DNA from: Carcharhinus longimanus
Taxonomy: Eukaryota
Direction of reading: 5' to 3'
Length of the DNA: 64,000 nt
NCBI GenBank assembly: GCA_030264375.1
Contig: JASCQW010000099.1
Location: 61,983,550-62,047,549 of the forward strand
The translations under genes were made by a program, and so were the position numbers. The notes under the pieces were generated by a model. That model was not told the DNA's origin. It made no database searches and saw only the letters and a list, made by a program, of their open reading frames with translations. This document shows positions 12,437-25,114 of this stretch, one piece after another. Within the stretch, counting starts at the first letter, position 1. Each line of letters starts with the position of its first letter.

Positions 12437-13649
12437 CTGCAATTATAAAAATAGACAAAGAAATGCTTATACTGGAATTATGATTACCTTAAAATTGATC
12501 TCTACTACACATCATAGTCGAAAATATCAACGTTATTATTCAGGATACCATGCACATTATTGTTTGTACAGTTCCTAAAAATTAAAGAGGGACTTGCTGA
12601 AGATCAATGTTTTAACAGGTGGAGACAAAATAAACACCATGGCCAGAATCCTCCAGTCTCGTACATCCCACCACCGCTGCCAGCAAGATCGAAAAATTTG
12701 GTTTTCAACCAAATCTCCATTCACAGAAGCGGGACTGGAGAATCCCAGCTGCAGGCGAGATNNNNNNNNNNNNNNNNNNNNNNNNNNNNNNNNNNNNNNN
12801 NNNNNNNNNNNNNNNNNNNNNNNNNNNNNNNNNNNNNNNNNNNNNNNNNNNNNNNNNNNNNNNNNNNNNNNNNNNNNNNNNNNNNNNNNNNNNNNNNNNN
12901 NNNNNNNNNNNNNNNNNNNNNNNNNNNNNNNNNNNNNNNNNNNNNNNNNNNNNNNNNNNNNNNNNNNNNNNNNNNNNNNNNNNNNNNNNNNNNNNNNNNN
13001 NNNNNNNNNNNNNNNNNNNNNNNNNNNNNNNNNNNNNNNNNNNNNNNNNNNNNNNNNNNNNNNNNNNNNNNNNNNNNNNNNNNNNNNNNNNNNNNNNNAC
13101 ATTCAGGCAAGTGGGGGGTTTGGGGGGAGGCCTTCCTGAAGCCTATCATCATGTTATAGCATCCAAGATCAGCTGTGAAATCTACAATGATTCCTTCAAG
13201 AAGCAAAGGAGCTTAATTGACCCAGATCATGCTTCACTTTTACTGTTGTTGACGAGCGTTCCTGCTGCCAGCTCAACTTTTGTTCCCAATATGGCAGGAA
13301 AATACATTTCCACTGGAAATGAGCATACAATCTTGGTCATTATTTTTGGAATTTAGCAGGTCAGTTAACACCCAAACAAACCCGCTGCGCAGTCAGATTC
13401 ATAATATGAATATGCACATTTTCTCAGATTCTACGATGGCAGGTGAAATCTTTAAACCTTTCAGCTTAGAAAATGGAGCGAGAAACACTGTTCACTTGAA
13501 TAAATCTGTACAAGATGGTGAACGAATGTTGTGGACTGCTCAGAAACCTAGATCAAATTTGCAAATTCGAACGAAGAGCTAGTTAATTTAAGTACCTGCT
13601 GAAAATTGTAACTTAGCAGTGTTAAAATTCCGAATCACAGGGAAAAAAT

Positions 13650-13853
13650 GGGCGCAATTCTCAAGGCCCCCCCCACAAGGGGTTTTCTATCTACCATCTT
13701 CGGCCACCTGGATTTTCTGGTCCTGAAGATCCCACCAAAGTCAATGGCAATTTACATTCCTCACTCATGCTGCTATTGGGAAACCCGTAGCAAAGGTCAG
13801 CTTCAGTGAGGCAGGAAGATCTCACCAGTGGGGAGGGCTGGAGAATTTTGTCC
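13650..13853. mobile_element. MITE with GG(N)4-5AATTCTC-type terminal inverted repeats
   Basis: gggcgcaattctc ... gagaattttgtcc; same family as 54000-54186. Confidence 0.7.
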
Positions 13854-14735
13854 AAGATTATTTTCCACTCCTGTACTTTTATGTTCCTATTTAATTATTT
13901 TTAACACTCAATAATGTACAGGAGAATGTAAATATTTGACCCATATTAATGACATCTGCAACAATACCAGTCACATTGATGCACATTTAAAGAGGTCATT
14001 CTGCTGTTCGCTGTGCCATGGTTAGTTTGAAATTTTGCCAACTATTTCAAAAAGCTTGACCTTTGAACTTTCTGACTGTGGCCAAGACGTGAGTTGACAG
14101 CTGCTGAACCAGCCTCTGACAATAAACATAACAAGCCTTTAAACAGGTTTAGCTGGCTTTACCCATGGCTTGTGGCTGGGTAGACTTGCTACACTCCATC
14201 CTGATTAGAAGGCAGGATGGTGTCAGGGGCTGGGTAAACTGGCTGCTGGCACAAGTTTCTGTACCCATCCCCAGCTGTCCACCCCCCCCCCGCCCCCCCC
14301 ACACACAACCTCTTGAGGCCTAAAGCCTCCATGCTCCATTGTGTCTAAAACCTCCATCCTCTACAGTATTAAGGCCTAACAGTTCAGCCCCTAGACCTTG
14401 TGTCTTCGTGTAAAATGGGTGAAAATGTAATCAATGGACTCAGTGTCACCTCTTTAATGTGATCATACAAGCTCAAAATATATTCAGCCTTTTAATATTG
14501 ATCTCATTCTTATTGTTGGGGTTTGCATAAATAAATTTAACCTGAGTAATTGCAAACAAAATCAATAATAATCTGAAAATTTGTATTGTGTATTGAATTC
14601 CTGCTTAATAAATGAAAATGTGTGGTTGAATTTCACTTAATAAGCCTAGTGATGAAATAAATCACTCAAGGAGATACAGACAAAAAGGAATTGAGTAGAG
14701 AAAAGGACCCAGGCAAGAACAATATATATTCTTAC

Positions 14736-14868
14736 CTGTAAGTGAACCTGAACGCCAGGATTTCTTCTGTAATAATGGGGAATCATTCTCAGATTTAATG
14801 CTTTTCATTCGTTTCCACAGCATCTGTGAAGAAGCATTACTCCTTGGTAAGTCTTCAAATAGAGATTC
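14736..14868 (-). CDS. EPAS1: EPAS1 exon 14 equivalent (WKRMK NLS half)
   Basis: tttctgtttaag|GAA TCT...ACA G|gtaaga; 133 nt, phase 0 to 1. Encodes ESLFEDLPRSNASSQMLWKRMKSIKSENDSPLLQKKSWRSGSLT. Confidence 0.9.
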
Positions 14869-14937
14869 CTTAAACAGAAATAGGAAGTCAGTCCAGGCAT
14901 ATCCATTTGACTGCGTAGTACAAACAAGGCTATACAA

Positions 14938-15022
14938 GCTCTGACAAAGGTCATCCTGACTTGAAACATTAGCTCTATTCTCTCTCCACAAGATGCTGTC
15001 AGACCAGCATTTTCTGTTTTTG
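14938..15022 (+). mobile_element. Penelope-like pLTR fragment with degenerate hammerhead-like core
   Basis: ctgacaaaggtcatcctgacttgaaac...ctctccacaagatgctgtcagacc...cagcattttctgtttt; family assignment from recall. Confidence 0.5.
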
Positions 15023-15031
15023 TATATAAAA

Positions 15032-15347
15032 GGGCGGCACAGTGGTTAGCACTGCTGTCTCACAGCGCCAGAGTCCCAGGTTCAATTCCAGCCTCGCGTG
15101 ACTATCTTCGTGGAGTTTGCACATTCTCCCCGTAATTGTATTGGTTTCCTCCAGGTGCTCCGGTTTCCTCCCCCAGTCCAAAAATGTGCGGATTAGGTTG
15201 ATTGGCCATGGTAAATTGCCCCTCAGTATCGGGGGATTGGGAGGGTAAATATGTGGGGCTGCGGGGATGGGATCTGAGTGGGATTGTTGTCGGTGCAGGC
15301 TCAATGGGCCAAATGGCCTCCTTCTGCATGGTTGATTTTATGATTCT
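15032..15347 (+). mobile_element. Near full-length HE1-like tRNA-derived SINE
   Basis: tRNA-like head (gtggttagcactgctgtctcacag...ggttcaattcc B box), shared core, CR1-type tail ending tatgattcta. Confidence 0.88.
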
Positions 15348-17912
15348 AAGCTACAGATAGTTTAAATGCTATCTTCAATTTGACAGCACTTCACTATCTT
15401 TAGTTGAAGCTGAGTTCAGTTAGAATCCTGACTTGCTGGCAGCAGGTAGTATCACTGGAATTGGCCCTCTGTGTTTGGTAACTGTAAATAAGAGGCATTG
15501 CCATTGTCATCCCCATCTAATAACACCGAACATAGAACACTACAGCACAAACAGGCCCTCCAGCCCACAAGTTGTGCCGATCATATCCATACCTACCAGG
15601 CCTATCTATAACTCTCAATCCTATTAAATCCCATGAACCTCCTTAGGTTCTTTTCCAAGAGTAATTAGCTTCACTAAACAATTGTGTCCTTATTAGGAGA
15701 TAAGAGCCTTAAGTGTCCACACTTAACATTCTGAATGATGGCACGAATTGAAACTAGCATGTACTTCATAACATTATTCTGCAGTCAATCTACCTTCACA
15801 TGGGCAGTAAGGGAGAATGAACAAATGCCAGCCTAGCCAGGGACCATCCGTACACCATGAAAGAGTTTTTAAAATGATACACTGGATGGTTTTTAATGGG
15901 GGTGGTTGACATTTCACACTTCAGCTGGAAGGTTGGCAATAATCTCACGTCATCTCTCTCAGGAACAGCCTAACTGAATTAAATGCCACTCAGGTACTTA
16001 ACTGGAAAGCAGTGAGCCTTCCCCAGGATTAAAGATCCTGGGACCAGCAGCACTATTGAATGGCAGTGCCACCACCAACCTCCCCCCACCAAGGCCTAAC
16101 ATCATTGCCGGATGCCAGACCATAGGCAGTTGATGACGGAAGGGGCATTGTTGATGGGTGGGGATAGAGGAGGGGGGATCATAGTTATGGAGAATCAGCA
16201 GCAAGATGGGGAGATAGCTCTCAGTGGGCCACTCCCTTCTCAATAGTGAGTTTCTTAATCAGGCACTGAGTGTCTATGCACCAGGAATAACCCTCTCATT
16301 ACTAACCCCTCCCACCCGCTCCCCCCCACTCGCCACCTCTTGACTCACACCTAGGAGTCCGCAAGCAGTGCCAACAGGGTTTGCTTGTCATTCTCCCTCA
16401 ATGATGATCCTACTATCCACCACTGATTGAATAGCAGGGAGATGAGGCCTTTAAGTGGATGGAGCAGAGTAGTGGCCAACTGTAGGGGCAGTGGTGGAGA
16501 AAAGGTGCTTTTAAAACAGGGAGCAGAAAGGAAGGAGGAAGGGGGTTTCATTCTATTGGGGGCTGTCTCACAAGCTCACGAGCAGCTCTCGAAGAGCGAC
16601 CCTCTCCCCGCTCCACTTTCTTGCACCCCCATTAATCATTTGAGGTTATAAAGTGTACTTTCCACTCCTGCCTCGCCAACCATGCCAAACATAGTAGACT
16701 TGGGCTGTGTATTATTATGTCAATGGGCTTGATAACCAAGCTAATTGGCCTTTAAATTGTCAGTTGGCAGCCTGCCAAGACCTCCTCCCCCCCCCCCAGT
16801 AATATAGAGATGAACTCAGGGTGGGGTTGAAAGGGATGGGATGGATGCCCACTCCACTGGAGGGTTCCCTCTAGGGGACCCTATTGAGAGGGTTTTCATT
16901 AGGGGGGGTGGAGAGGGGCGGGGAGTGTGATGGTGGAGAGTGTGTTCTGCCTGCATGACAGAAAGGATGGATACTGAATTTTGGGGAGGGAGTTGGGTCA
17001 CCCTCTTGCCTGCATGGTGTCAGGCTGAGAGGTTAACCTGAACATTGAATGGAAGGGGAGGAGGTTGGCCCTCTCTGTTCAAGNNNNNNNNNNNNNNNNN
17101 NNNNNNNNNAGGGAGTCCCAATGTCCTTGAGGGGGGTGGGGGTGGTGTGGGGGGGCTTCATTTTGATCTTGCCATCTGGATGCCATTTGAAAACGCTATC
17201 CTGATATCTGTGAGGCTGACCTTGCTGGCTCTATCAGGCCCTGCTCCACAAGAGTGAAGGCTCAAAATATTCCCCCACTATTTTATTTTTGACAAAGTAT
17301 TAGAAGACCTGGAGTGAAAACCTGGTCGTGTTTCTGGGGAGGAACACATTGGGATCCAGCCACAACCTGACACTTAGAAAAATTCCGCCCATCATCTTCA
17401 ACTAATTTAAATAAGGAAAAAAATAAGCTTTTTGAAAAGTGCCATTACTGTCAGTCCTTAACTTTACAACATTCCAGTTACAATGATGAGCACTTACGAC
17501 TTTAATGAAGTGACACCCTGTTTCAACTTCACAACACTGGTTTTGGCTTTTCTATGCCTCACCAGTGAACAGTTGGCCTTTGCCAGCTGTTTCTTTATGT
17601 TCCACCTTTCACAACCTCAGGGAGGCATAGAGACTATAGAAATATCTTTGAAAGTACAGGTACTATTGTATCATGGTAAACCCACTACTGTCAGGCAATT
17701 CTACAGAAGCAAAATCTCACAAACCTTTCACTATACAGTAAAAATAGACGATCGTGACTTGGTTCAGGAACCAATCCCTCATTTGGAACATTGTCCCAAT
17801 GAGAAAACCAGTTCCGACTGAAGATGTTTTGACTTGCAACGCTGTTTTTGGGAACCATTTGTGTTATTAAGACCAAGGATTGTCTGCACTGATTACTTGA
17901 AAGTAGACTTAC

Positions 17913-18030
17913 TGCTGAGAGTTGGAATATCTGCTCTCCAAAGTCCCGCTGCAGTTTGCGTTTTAAGTTGTTTCTGAAAGTCGTTTCGGTGTTGATGTCC
18001 TTCCCATGTTGTCCAAAGTTGTCTAGAGAT
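17913..18030 (-). CDS. EPAS1: EPAS1 exon 13 equivalent (basic NLS half); not in the ORF track
   Basis: ctttgcattag|A TCT CTA...TCA GCA|gtaagt; 118 nt, phase 2 to 0. Encodes SLDNFGQHGKDINTETTFRNNLKRKLQRDFGEQIFQLSA, resembling human KLKLKRQLEYEEQAFQ. Confidence 0.9.
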
Positions 18031-19939
18031 CTAATGCAAAGCAGTAATATGGTGTGAAACTCTTTCCTTCTTCACTCGCCCCTCTGTCTCTCTTCTGACG
18101 ACATTGGGGCTGAAATTAATTTTTACCGTAATGCAAAATGGCCTCATAGCAAACTAAAGCAGCCCATTTTCCAGTGTGTCCAATTTTCATTTCTGCTGAC
18201 GCTTGGTAAAGGTTAATTTCACCACCACCAATTCCACAGTCAGATATGGTTCCAATGGTGCTGATCACCATGTGGTGTAATGCTAAATAGACCATTCCCT
18301 AAATGATACTCTACATAATGAGCACTGACGGAATATGCAATGGTGGGAGGTGCTGCATCCAATCTTGTCCTTACCTGAATTCCATCTGTGCACTTGGAGC
18401 AGGAAGCAAACTGGAAAAGGAATCTTGGCCAATTTCCCTCTCTAGTTTGGGGTGTTAAGTCTAATTTTACCCACGCCTATCACCAGTTCAGCTGGGACTT
18501 GTAAATCAGCACAGACTTGCAGCCTAATCTGGGACAGTGCCGTTCTATATGGTTTAGCTAGTCACTAGCTTAATGGGCTGAGGCTTCCCTATTCTTCTGG
18601 GATCCTTTGACTTCTTCTACAGCTTTCGCTACATTGATGGCCAAGCAAGCAACCCACTTCCACATCACCTCGCTCATCACCCACCAATGCTGCTGTACTG
18701 ACCACAAGAAGGTGTGTGAAGTAGAACTAAGTGCTAAGGTTTTCTCTTCCTGTTATTTCTCCATCGCAGTAAGGAAGTACTCTCGCTCATCATGAGAGAG
18801 AAGCTGAGAATGGGAGTTCGGCCAAACCACACCTGCGTTTGGGGTATCACTGTGTTTGATATTTATTTCTTCATGCTTTCATACATCTATGTTTGCAAAC
18901 TACATTAAAGTTCAAATAACTTAAATTTCTTTCCATATTAATTTATAATACTTCTTTAATTATGGGCATCGTTTAATGGGTGGCGGGGTTTCCTGCCCAG
19001 CTACTGACAAAGTTATTTTGGAACACGTCTCCCCTGCCCTCCTCCCCCACACCCTGTCAGACATTCCCTCAACCATTTAAGGCCCTGAGGAACATTAATT
19101 GGTGTGAGATGGGCTTTTTCTCCCATCTGGGGAGGAAGTCCCATCTCCAAGAGTCACCGGCCATCTGATTTGCCAGCAGCTCTCTGGTTCCTGCAGTGCC
19201 ACTGGGAGCAGTGGCCATTGCTGGGATTGCATTTATTCTCACAGAACAGGAGCCAGGTGCAAGGTGAATGTTGGAGGGTTATTTCTCGAACCAGACCAGG
19301 AAGCCCCTAAGATGGAGGGAGGGTGGAGGCAGAGGGTCAGGGTACATAGGCCTGGTGGGGAGGGGGCACTCAGGGGAGATGTAAGGGGCCCCACAATCAG
19401 TGCCTGTGAAAGGTCTCAATTCAGAACAGAATGGATAGGCTGCCCTAGGAATTGCCCACCACCAGTAAATTCACAACAGTGTTCACCTGCAAAATTTTAC
19501 ATCTGCGGCAGACTGTAAAATTCCACCCTACATTTTACATATATTTACTATTGATCCACTATGAATTCATTCACCTCTTTCATTTCAGGATTAAATAGCA
19601 TTTTGAAGTGAAAGATGACATTATTTTAAAAATGCAGTTCATGGTGAAGGGTCAGTTAGCCTAGTTGGTTGGCGTGGTGCTTTATAATGCCAATGGCGTA
19701 AGTCTGAATCCCTAATCAAGCTAAGGTAATTCTTGGGACCTGCCTCTTGGACCTGTCCCATTGTGATATCATAGCATCATAGAAAGACTGCTAAAGATAG
19801 CGATTCTCACTGAGGACACTACATGAAGAATCAGTTTATGATACCTTGTGTGGGATTTTCTGACCCTGACTGCCGTTGGGCATTCCAGTTCTGCCAAGAG
19901 TCAATGGACTTTTGGTGGGGCTTCCAAATTTCCCATAGG

Positions 19940-20112
19940 AGAACATAAGAACATAAGAAATGGGAGCAGGAGTAGGCCATCTCACCCTTCGAGCCTGCCC
20001 CGCCATTCAACAAGATCATGGCTGATCTGAAGTGGATCAGTTCCACTTTCCCGTTTTCTCCCCATAACCCTTAATTCCTCTGTCGATCAGAAACCTATCT
20101 ACCCGTGACTTA
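19940..20112 (-). mobile_element. CR1-type LINE 3' end
   Basis: gaacataagaacataagaa tail followed by ggagcaggagtaggccat...cccttcgagcctg. Confidence 0.8.
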
Positions 20113-20689
20113 AATGTTTATTTAACATGGTAAACATGGACATTTAACATGGTCATGATACATGTGTGGGGTTACGGGGATAGGATGGACAGGACAGCAT
20201 GGGTGGGATGCTCTTTCAGAGAGTCGGTGCAGACTCGATGGGCAAATGGCCTCTTTCTGCACTATATAGGGAATCTGTGGTTTGCACACACACACTTGCA
20301 CGCAAATCGATTGCAGGGTGGAGAAGGATGGGTTGGTCAAATTAAAGTCCGTAGGAAGTAAAAAGGATATACAGTGTGCAGTTCGGTGACTCGGTTGAGT
20401 TCAGCCGACTTGGCTATTCTGTGATTCCTCTGCAGTGATGTTTTTGATGTGGACAGCTGCTTTAGTTGTTCTTGTGGCAGTGCTGGGTTGAATCCTTTGG
20501 AGAAGTCGTATACAGCTGGAGTGACCCCACTCACGATCAGCACACAGGGTTCAAAGCTTGTAAGGTGGGCTGGAGAGAGTTCAAAGTTTATTTATTAGTG
20601 TCACAAATAACATTAACACTGTAATGAAGTTGCTGTGAAAATCCTCTTGTCGCCACACTCCGGCACCTGTTCAGGGGAGGTTCTGACTT

Positions 20690-21040
20690 AATGGTATTAT
20701 CACTAGACTATTAATCCAGGAACTCAGCTAATGTTATGGAGACCTGTGTTCGAATCCTGCCATGGCAGATGATGGAATTTGAATTCAATAAATAATAAAT
20801 AAATCTGGAATTAAAAATCTTCTATTAACTATGAAACCATTGATGATTGTTAGAAAAACCCATCTTGTTCATTAATGTCCTTCAGGGAAGGAAATCCACT
20901 GTCCTTACCTGGTCTGGCCTACATGTGATTCCAGAGCCACAGCAATGTGGTTGACTCTCCAACTGTTCTCAGGCAACCAGCGATGGGCAATAAATGTTGG
21001 CCAGCCAGTAACGTCCATGACCCACGAATGAATATAAACA
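20690..21040 (+). mobile_element. tRNA-derived SINE with L2-type tail, nested inside another SINE
   Basis: Head atggtattatcactagacta...gttcgaatcc. Tail gatgggcaataaatgttggccagccag...atgaat matches the L2-like 3' ends in this window. Confidence 0.8.
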
Positions 21041-21540
21041 AATATGCTACATTGAGGAAGAACTTAGCATGCCCAATGCATCTAACCAGCATGTCTTTTG
21101 GACTGTGAGAGGAAACCAGAGCACTCAGAAGAAACCCACCAGACACACGGAGAGTGTGCAAACTCCACACAGACAGTGACCCAAGCCGGGAATCGAACTC
21201 AGATCCCTGGTGTAGTGAGGCAGCAGTGCTAACCACTATGTCATCGTGCCACCCAGAAAGAGGGAATGGCAGAAGGGTCCCAACCAGGTCTTCCCTCTCA
21301 TTGTCTCAGCTGCTTTTCTGCAGATCGGCAGAGCAAATGAATGCTTAACCATACAAAGCATTAGCTTGTCGCATGGTCACCTCTCACCAACTGCTCAGGA
21401 ATCCAAGTCAGGTCATAATCAGTGTATTCCAAGGGCAGTTTGATTACATCATATCTGAGAAATTCTCTTAGCCAGTGCCTCATATTCCAAGTGATCAGGC
21501 TTACTGGGTCACTTCCAATAGTCGAATACCTCATGTTTAA

Positions 21541-21836
21541 GGTTTAGTTATTAGTGTCACAAGTAGACTTACATTAACACTGCAATGAAGTTACTATGAA
21601 AATCCCCTAGTCGCCGCACTCTGGCACCTGTTCGGGTACACTGAGGGAGAACTTAGCACAGCCAATGCACCTAGCCAGCATGTCTTTTTGGACTGTGGGA
21701 GGAAACCGAAGTACACGGGGGAAACCCACGCAAACATAGGGAGAACGTGCAAACTCCACACAGACAGTGACCCAAGCCGAGAATCGAACCCCGGTCCCTC
21801 GCACTGTGAGGCATCATTGCTAAGCACTGTGTCACC
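21541..21836 (-). mobile_element. HE1-head SINE with alternative 3' tail
   Basis: Same head and core as 15032, but the tail is ...gtaacttcattgcagtgttaatgtaagtctacttgtgacactaataa. Related pieces at 20583-20676 plus 21048-21250, and at 57000-57145. Confidence 0.85.
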
Positions 21837-22336
21837 TTACCACGGTAGATCTTGATCACCTAACCTAATATGGTTGTGTATGTCTTGGTGTCAAATTCTG
21901 CCTGATTACAGTCCTATGAAGCAACATTTTTCTACCTAAAGTTGCTATATAAATGTAAATTGTTGACCGAGTAATGTAAACCGAATAATGAAGAACACTG
22001 TTGAAAACAAATAAATCTTGATGAGCAGAAACCAAACTATTGGAGTGTTAAAACCACGGGAGAACATTTATGCCATTGTGGTTGTGGCAATCGGTTTATT
22101 CGTAGAAAGAGGGTGCTGATGTAATTAGCTGGGGCTGTTAATGATCAGGGAGATAGTTAAATCTCCCTGGGAGATAGTTACATCTTTTACATAGAAACTA
22201 GAAGCAGGAATAGACCATTTAGCCCTTTGAACCTGTTCTGCCATTCATTATGATCATGGCGGATCATTGAATTCAATATCCTGATCTCCCCTTCACTGCC
22301 CATATCCCTTGATCCCTTTAGCTCCAAGAGCTATAA

Positions 22337-22660
22337 CTAAAAACCCTGCAGCGCAGAAAGAGGCCATTTGGCCCATCGAGTCCACACTGACCACAATCCC
22401 ACCTAGGCCCAACCCCTACATATTTTACCCACTAATCCCTCTAATCTACGCATCTCAGGACACTAAGGAGCAATTTTGGCATGTCCAATCAACTTAATCC
22501 GCACATCTTTGGACTGTGGGAGGAAACCAGATCACCCGGAGGAAACCCATGCAGACATGAGGAGAATGTGCAAACTCCACACAGACAGTGAGCCAAGCCG
22601 GGAATCGAACCCAGGTCCTGGAACTGCGAGGCAGCAATGCTAACCATTGTGCTACTGTAC
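22337..22660 (-). mobile_element. HE1-like SINE inserted in a CR1 3' fragment (22188-22825)
   Basis: SINE head, core and tail are present; CR1-like sequence resumes on both sides. Confidence 0.82.
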
Positions 22661-23863
22661 CACTTGAATTCTAATCCCTTTTTGAAATCACACAACGTTT
22701 TGGCCTCAACTATGTTCTGTGGTAGTGAATTCCACACATTCCCCGCCCTCTGGGTGAAAAAATCACCTCAGCCTAGAAGTTTTACCCCTTATCCTGAAAC
22801 AATGACCCCTAGTTTTCCCACTCACAGTTGGTTCAAGGCCCAGAGGAGTGGACAGGAACAGAATATCGCATTTGGGTGGCGTTCATCAAAGGACTTCAGA
22901 TTGCATCACAACACTCGGGTACCTTTAGTAAATGCATATTGAAGCTTTTCTTTCTAAACAATAATGTAGTGATGGTTCAAAGAAAGAAAGCTCAGAATCT
23001 ATTCCTGTCACTTTAGAATGACAGTATCTGGCTCACTGCCTCGCAATCAAAATGTGGCATTGACAAAGGGTCAGTCATTTACTTGCAACTATGTGGACAC
23101 TTTACTTTCTGCCCACATCACTGGAAAGTACAATAACAAAGAATCTAAGAAGAAAACAGTCCGTGATAAACAGAATGGAACAACCACATTGAACATTCTT
23201 TTCTGAACCTGCATCTGTAAGTTTTGAAGGAACTGGCCTTGATCTTGAAGACTAGGGGCTAATATCACTCCGTTGACAGTAGTGAGTCATGGGCCTTTGG
23301 TGTGTTTGTGAATACGCACACTGCAGTATTAACGAAAATACACCAACGGAACCAACCCTTTATCTATAGCCCGCAAATACCAACAAAGGCCACAATTCTA
23401 AAGGTTCTCTTGCTGTTGCCTGGCACTAATGACAAGTTCCTTATGTTCCTTATCTTTATTAAACATTGATATACAGTTTCCTTTCTGGGTGAAGGTCATT
23501 ACCTGATAAGCAGCATGTTAATTCTTCCATTGGGAAAAAGATACGAAAGTCTGAGACCACGTACCAACCGACTCATAGAATCCTACAGTGCAGAAGGAGG
23601 CAATTCNNNNNNNNNNNNNNNNNNNNNNNNNNNNNNNNNNNNNNNNNNNNNNNNNNNNNNNNNNNNNNNNNNNNNNNNNNNNNNNNNNNNNNNNNNNNNN
23701 NNNNNNACTCAGTGGGCTGAGTGGCCTAATTCTGCTCCTGTGTCTTGTAGTCTGTGGTCTTATGGTGTTTGCTTCAGGAGTTCAGTTGAAAATAAATAAC
23801 TGTGAGAGGACAGTGAGAAATAATTTGCTTCAACTGGAAGATAGGTTTTCAGGTACAGATCAA

Positions 23864-23992
23864 GGATAGGAATTTATGGTCTTGCTCGTTCGCAAACCGT
23901 AAAATCCCACTCCAGTTCAATGGATCTTTCCATGTTCCATCCCCTCGCCCGCTCCGATTCCCATGGTGAGCGGGGCGATAAAATTCCGGCCC
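23864..23992. mobile_element. Short MITE (subfamily shared with 32188 and 61815)
   Basis: Shared internal gtaaaatcccac...tcaatgga...cccctcgccc; right end taaaattccggccc. Confidence 0.75.
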
Positions 23993-24379
23993 ATATTTTA
24001 ATTCAGAATTTCAAGAAATCCGACTTTAGGATTAGAATTTGTGGAGCGACAGGGAAATGCTAAATAATCGTGAATAGAACTGTGCTCAAATGATACAATG
24101 CATTGAGTATCAGTGTACAATTGTTAGGGGTTAGCACTTCCAGTTTTGAAACGACTGTGGAAGATGTGGGATTTCTTAATTGGAATTTTCTGGCTGTTCA
24201 CGTCCTACCACCGCTGCTGTGAGCAAGGATGGAGAATCTGGCACTCAACCAGATCATGAACAGCTGGAAAACTCCCCCCATTGTTTCTGAACCGCTCCCT
24301 AAAACATATGGGAGTGTCTAAAGTAGCATTTGAAAGTCCATAAAGTGCAGTAATATTTTTTTCCCATTGTTCCTTTTAC

Positions 24380-24861
24380 CTTTGTTTACAGAGTGACGTG
24401 TGCACCGGTTGGCCAGGTGGGATGCCAGGCAATGATCCTGTTCTCTGATCCATTAATCTCCATTTTCTGGGTGTTGAGTTATAAGGCGGATCGGGTGGCC
24501 ATGAAATATTTGATCTGCCTCCCATCAAGGATGCTGGAGTACTTACAGATGCATGGTAAGGTGGCAGAGTAACACCATTTCCAGTGTTGTATGACAGTGG
24601 ATGAATATAGGTGGGGTTGCTCTTGTTTACTGACGTCATCTGGGGACTGTACTTGTCGAGCATCATCTGTCTGTGTGAAGTCACTAAGTTTGGAGCATAT
24701 GACTGGAACATGCTGTTCATGTTGGTGGAATACTCTTGCGTTCGCGACGAGTTCTCAGAGCTGGGCTGCTCATCATGGCAGATTGGACTCAACTGGAAAT
24801 CTTCCCCATCCATAGGAATGTAGGGAGCCAGAGTTTCCAGGTCCAGATCACTCAATTCCGC
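24380..24861 (-). CDS. EPAS1: EPAS1 exon 12 equivalent (CODD/N-TAD)
   Basis: ttccag|GCG GAA TTG...CAA AG|gtaaaa; 482 nt. Encodes AELSDLDLETLAPYIPMDGEDFQLSPI...WPPDPP...CKQR; the Gly in MDGEDF and WPPDPP are HIF-2alpha diagnostics. Confidence 0.97.
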
Positions 24862-25114
24862 CTGGAACAGTAAATTAAGGATGGTGAGTGAAGTGCAGAT
24901 TGTTCTGTATGGGAAACTTGAAACTTGTATCAGACTGCTTAGCTTTACACATTTTATGATGCGTAAACTATTCTTAGCTTAACAGCAAACTGAATGAAAA
25001 TAAATTGCCTTCAAGAGTAGTACAATTTTGTCAGAAGCAGGATAGAGTTAGCTAGGACTGTCCAGCTTGAGAACAAGCTGGTCACAACCACCATACAAAA
25101 TAAAGAAAAAGAAA

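Noticed and set aside
12487-12574. AG...GT-bounded segment considered as the missing exon 15
   Set aside because: Stops in all three frames, and the following intron would be only about 50 nt.
14163-14200. Short candidate exon (cag|GATGG...TGG|gtaaag) considered as exon 15
   Set aside because: It enters in phase 1 and exits in phase 0, so it would frameshift the C-TAD; no similarity to the expected linker.
15032-15100. tRNA-like A/B boxes (also near 9350, 19650, 39490 and 62100)
   Set aside because: These are SINE heads, not complete tRNA cloverleaves.
24380-24861. Alternative identity as HIF1A or HIF3A
   Set aside because: MDGEDFQL, WPPDPP, WKRMK and the LDQAT* terminus point to EPAS1.
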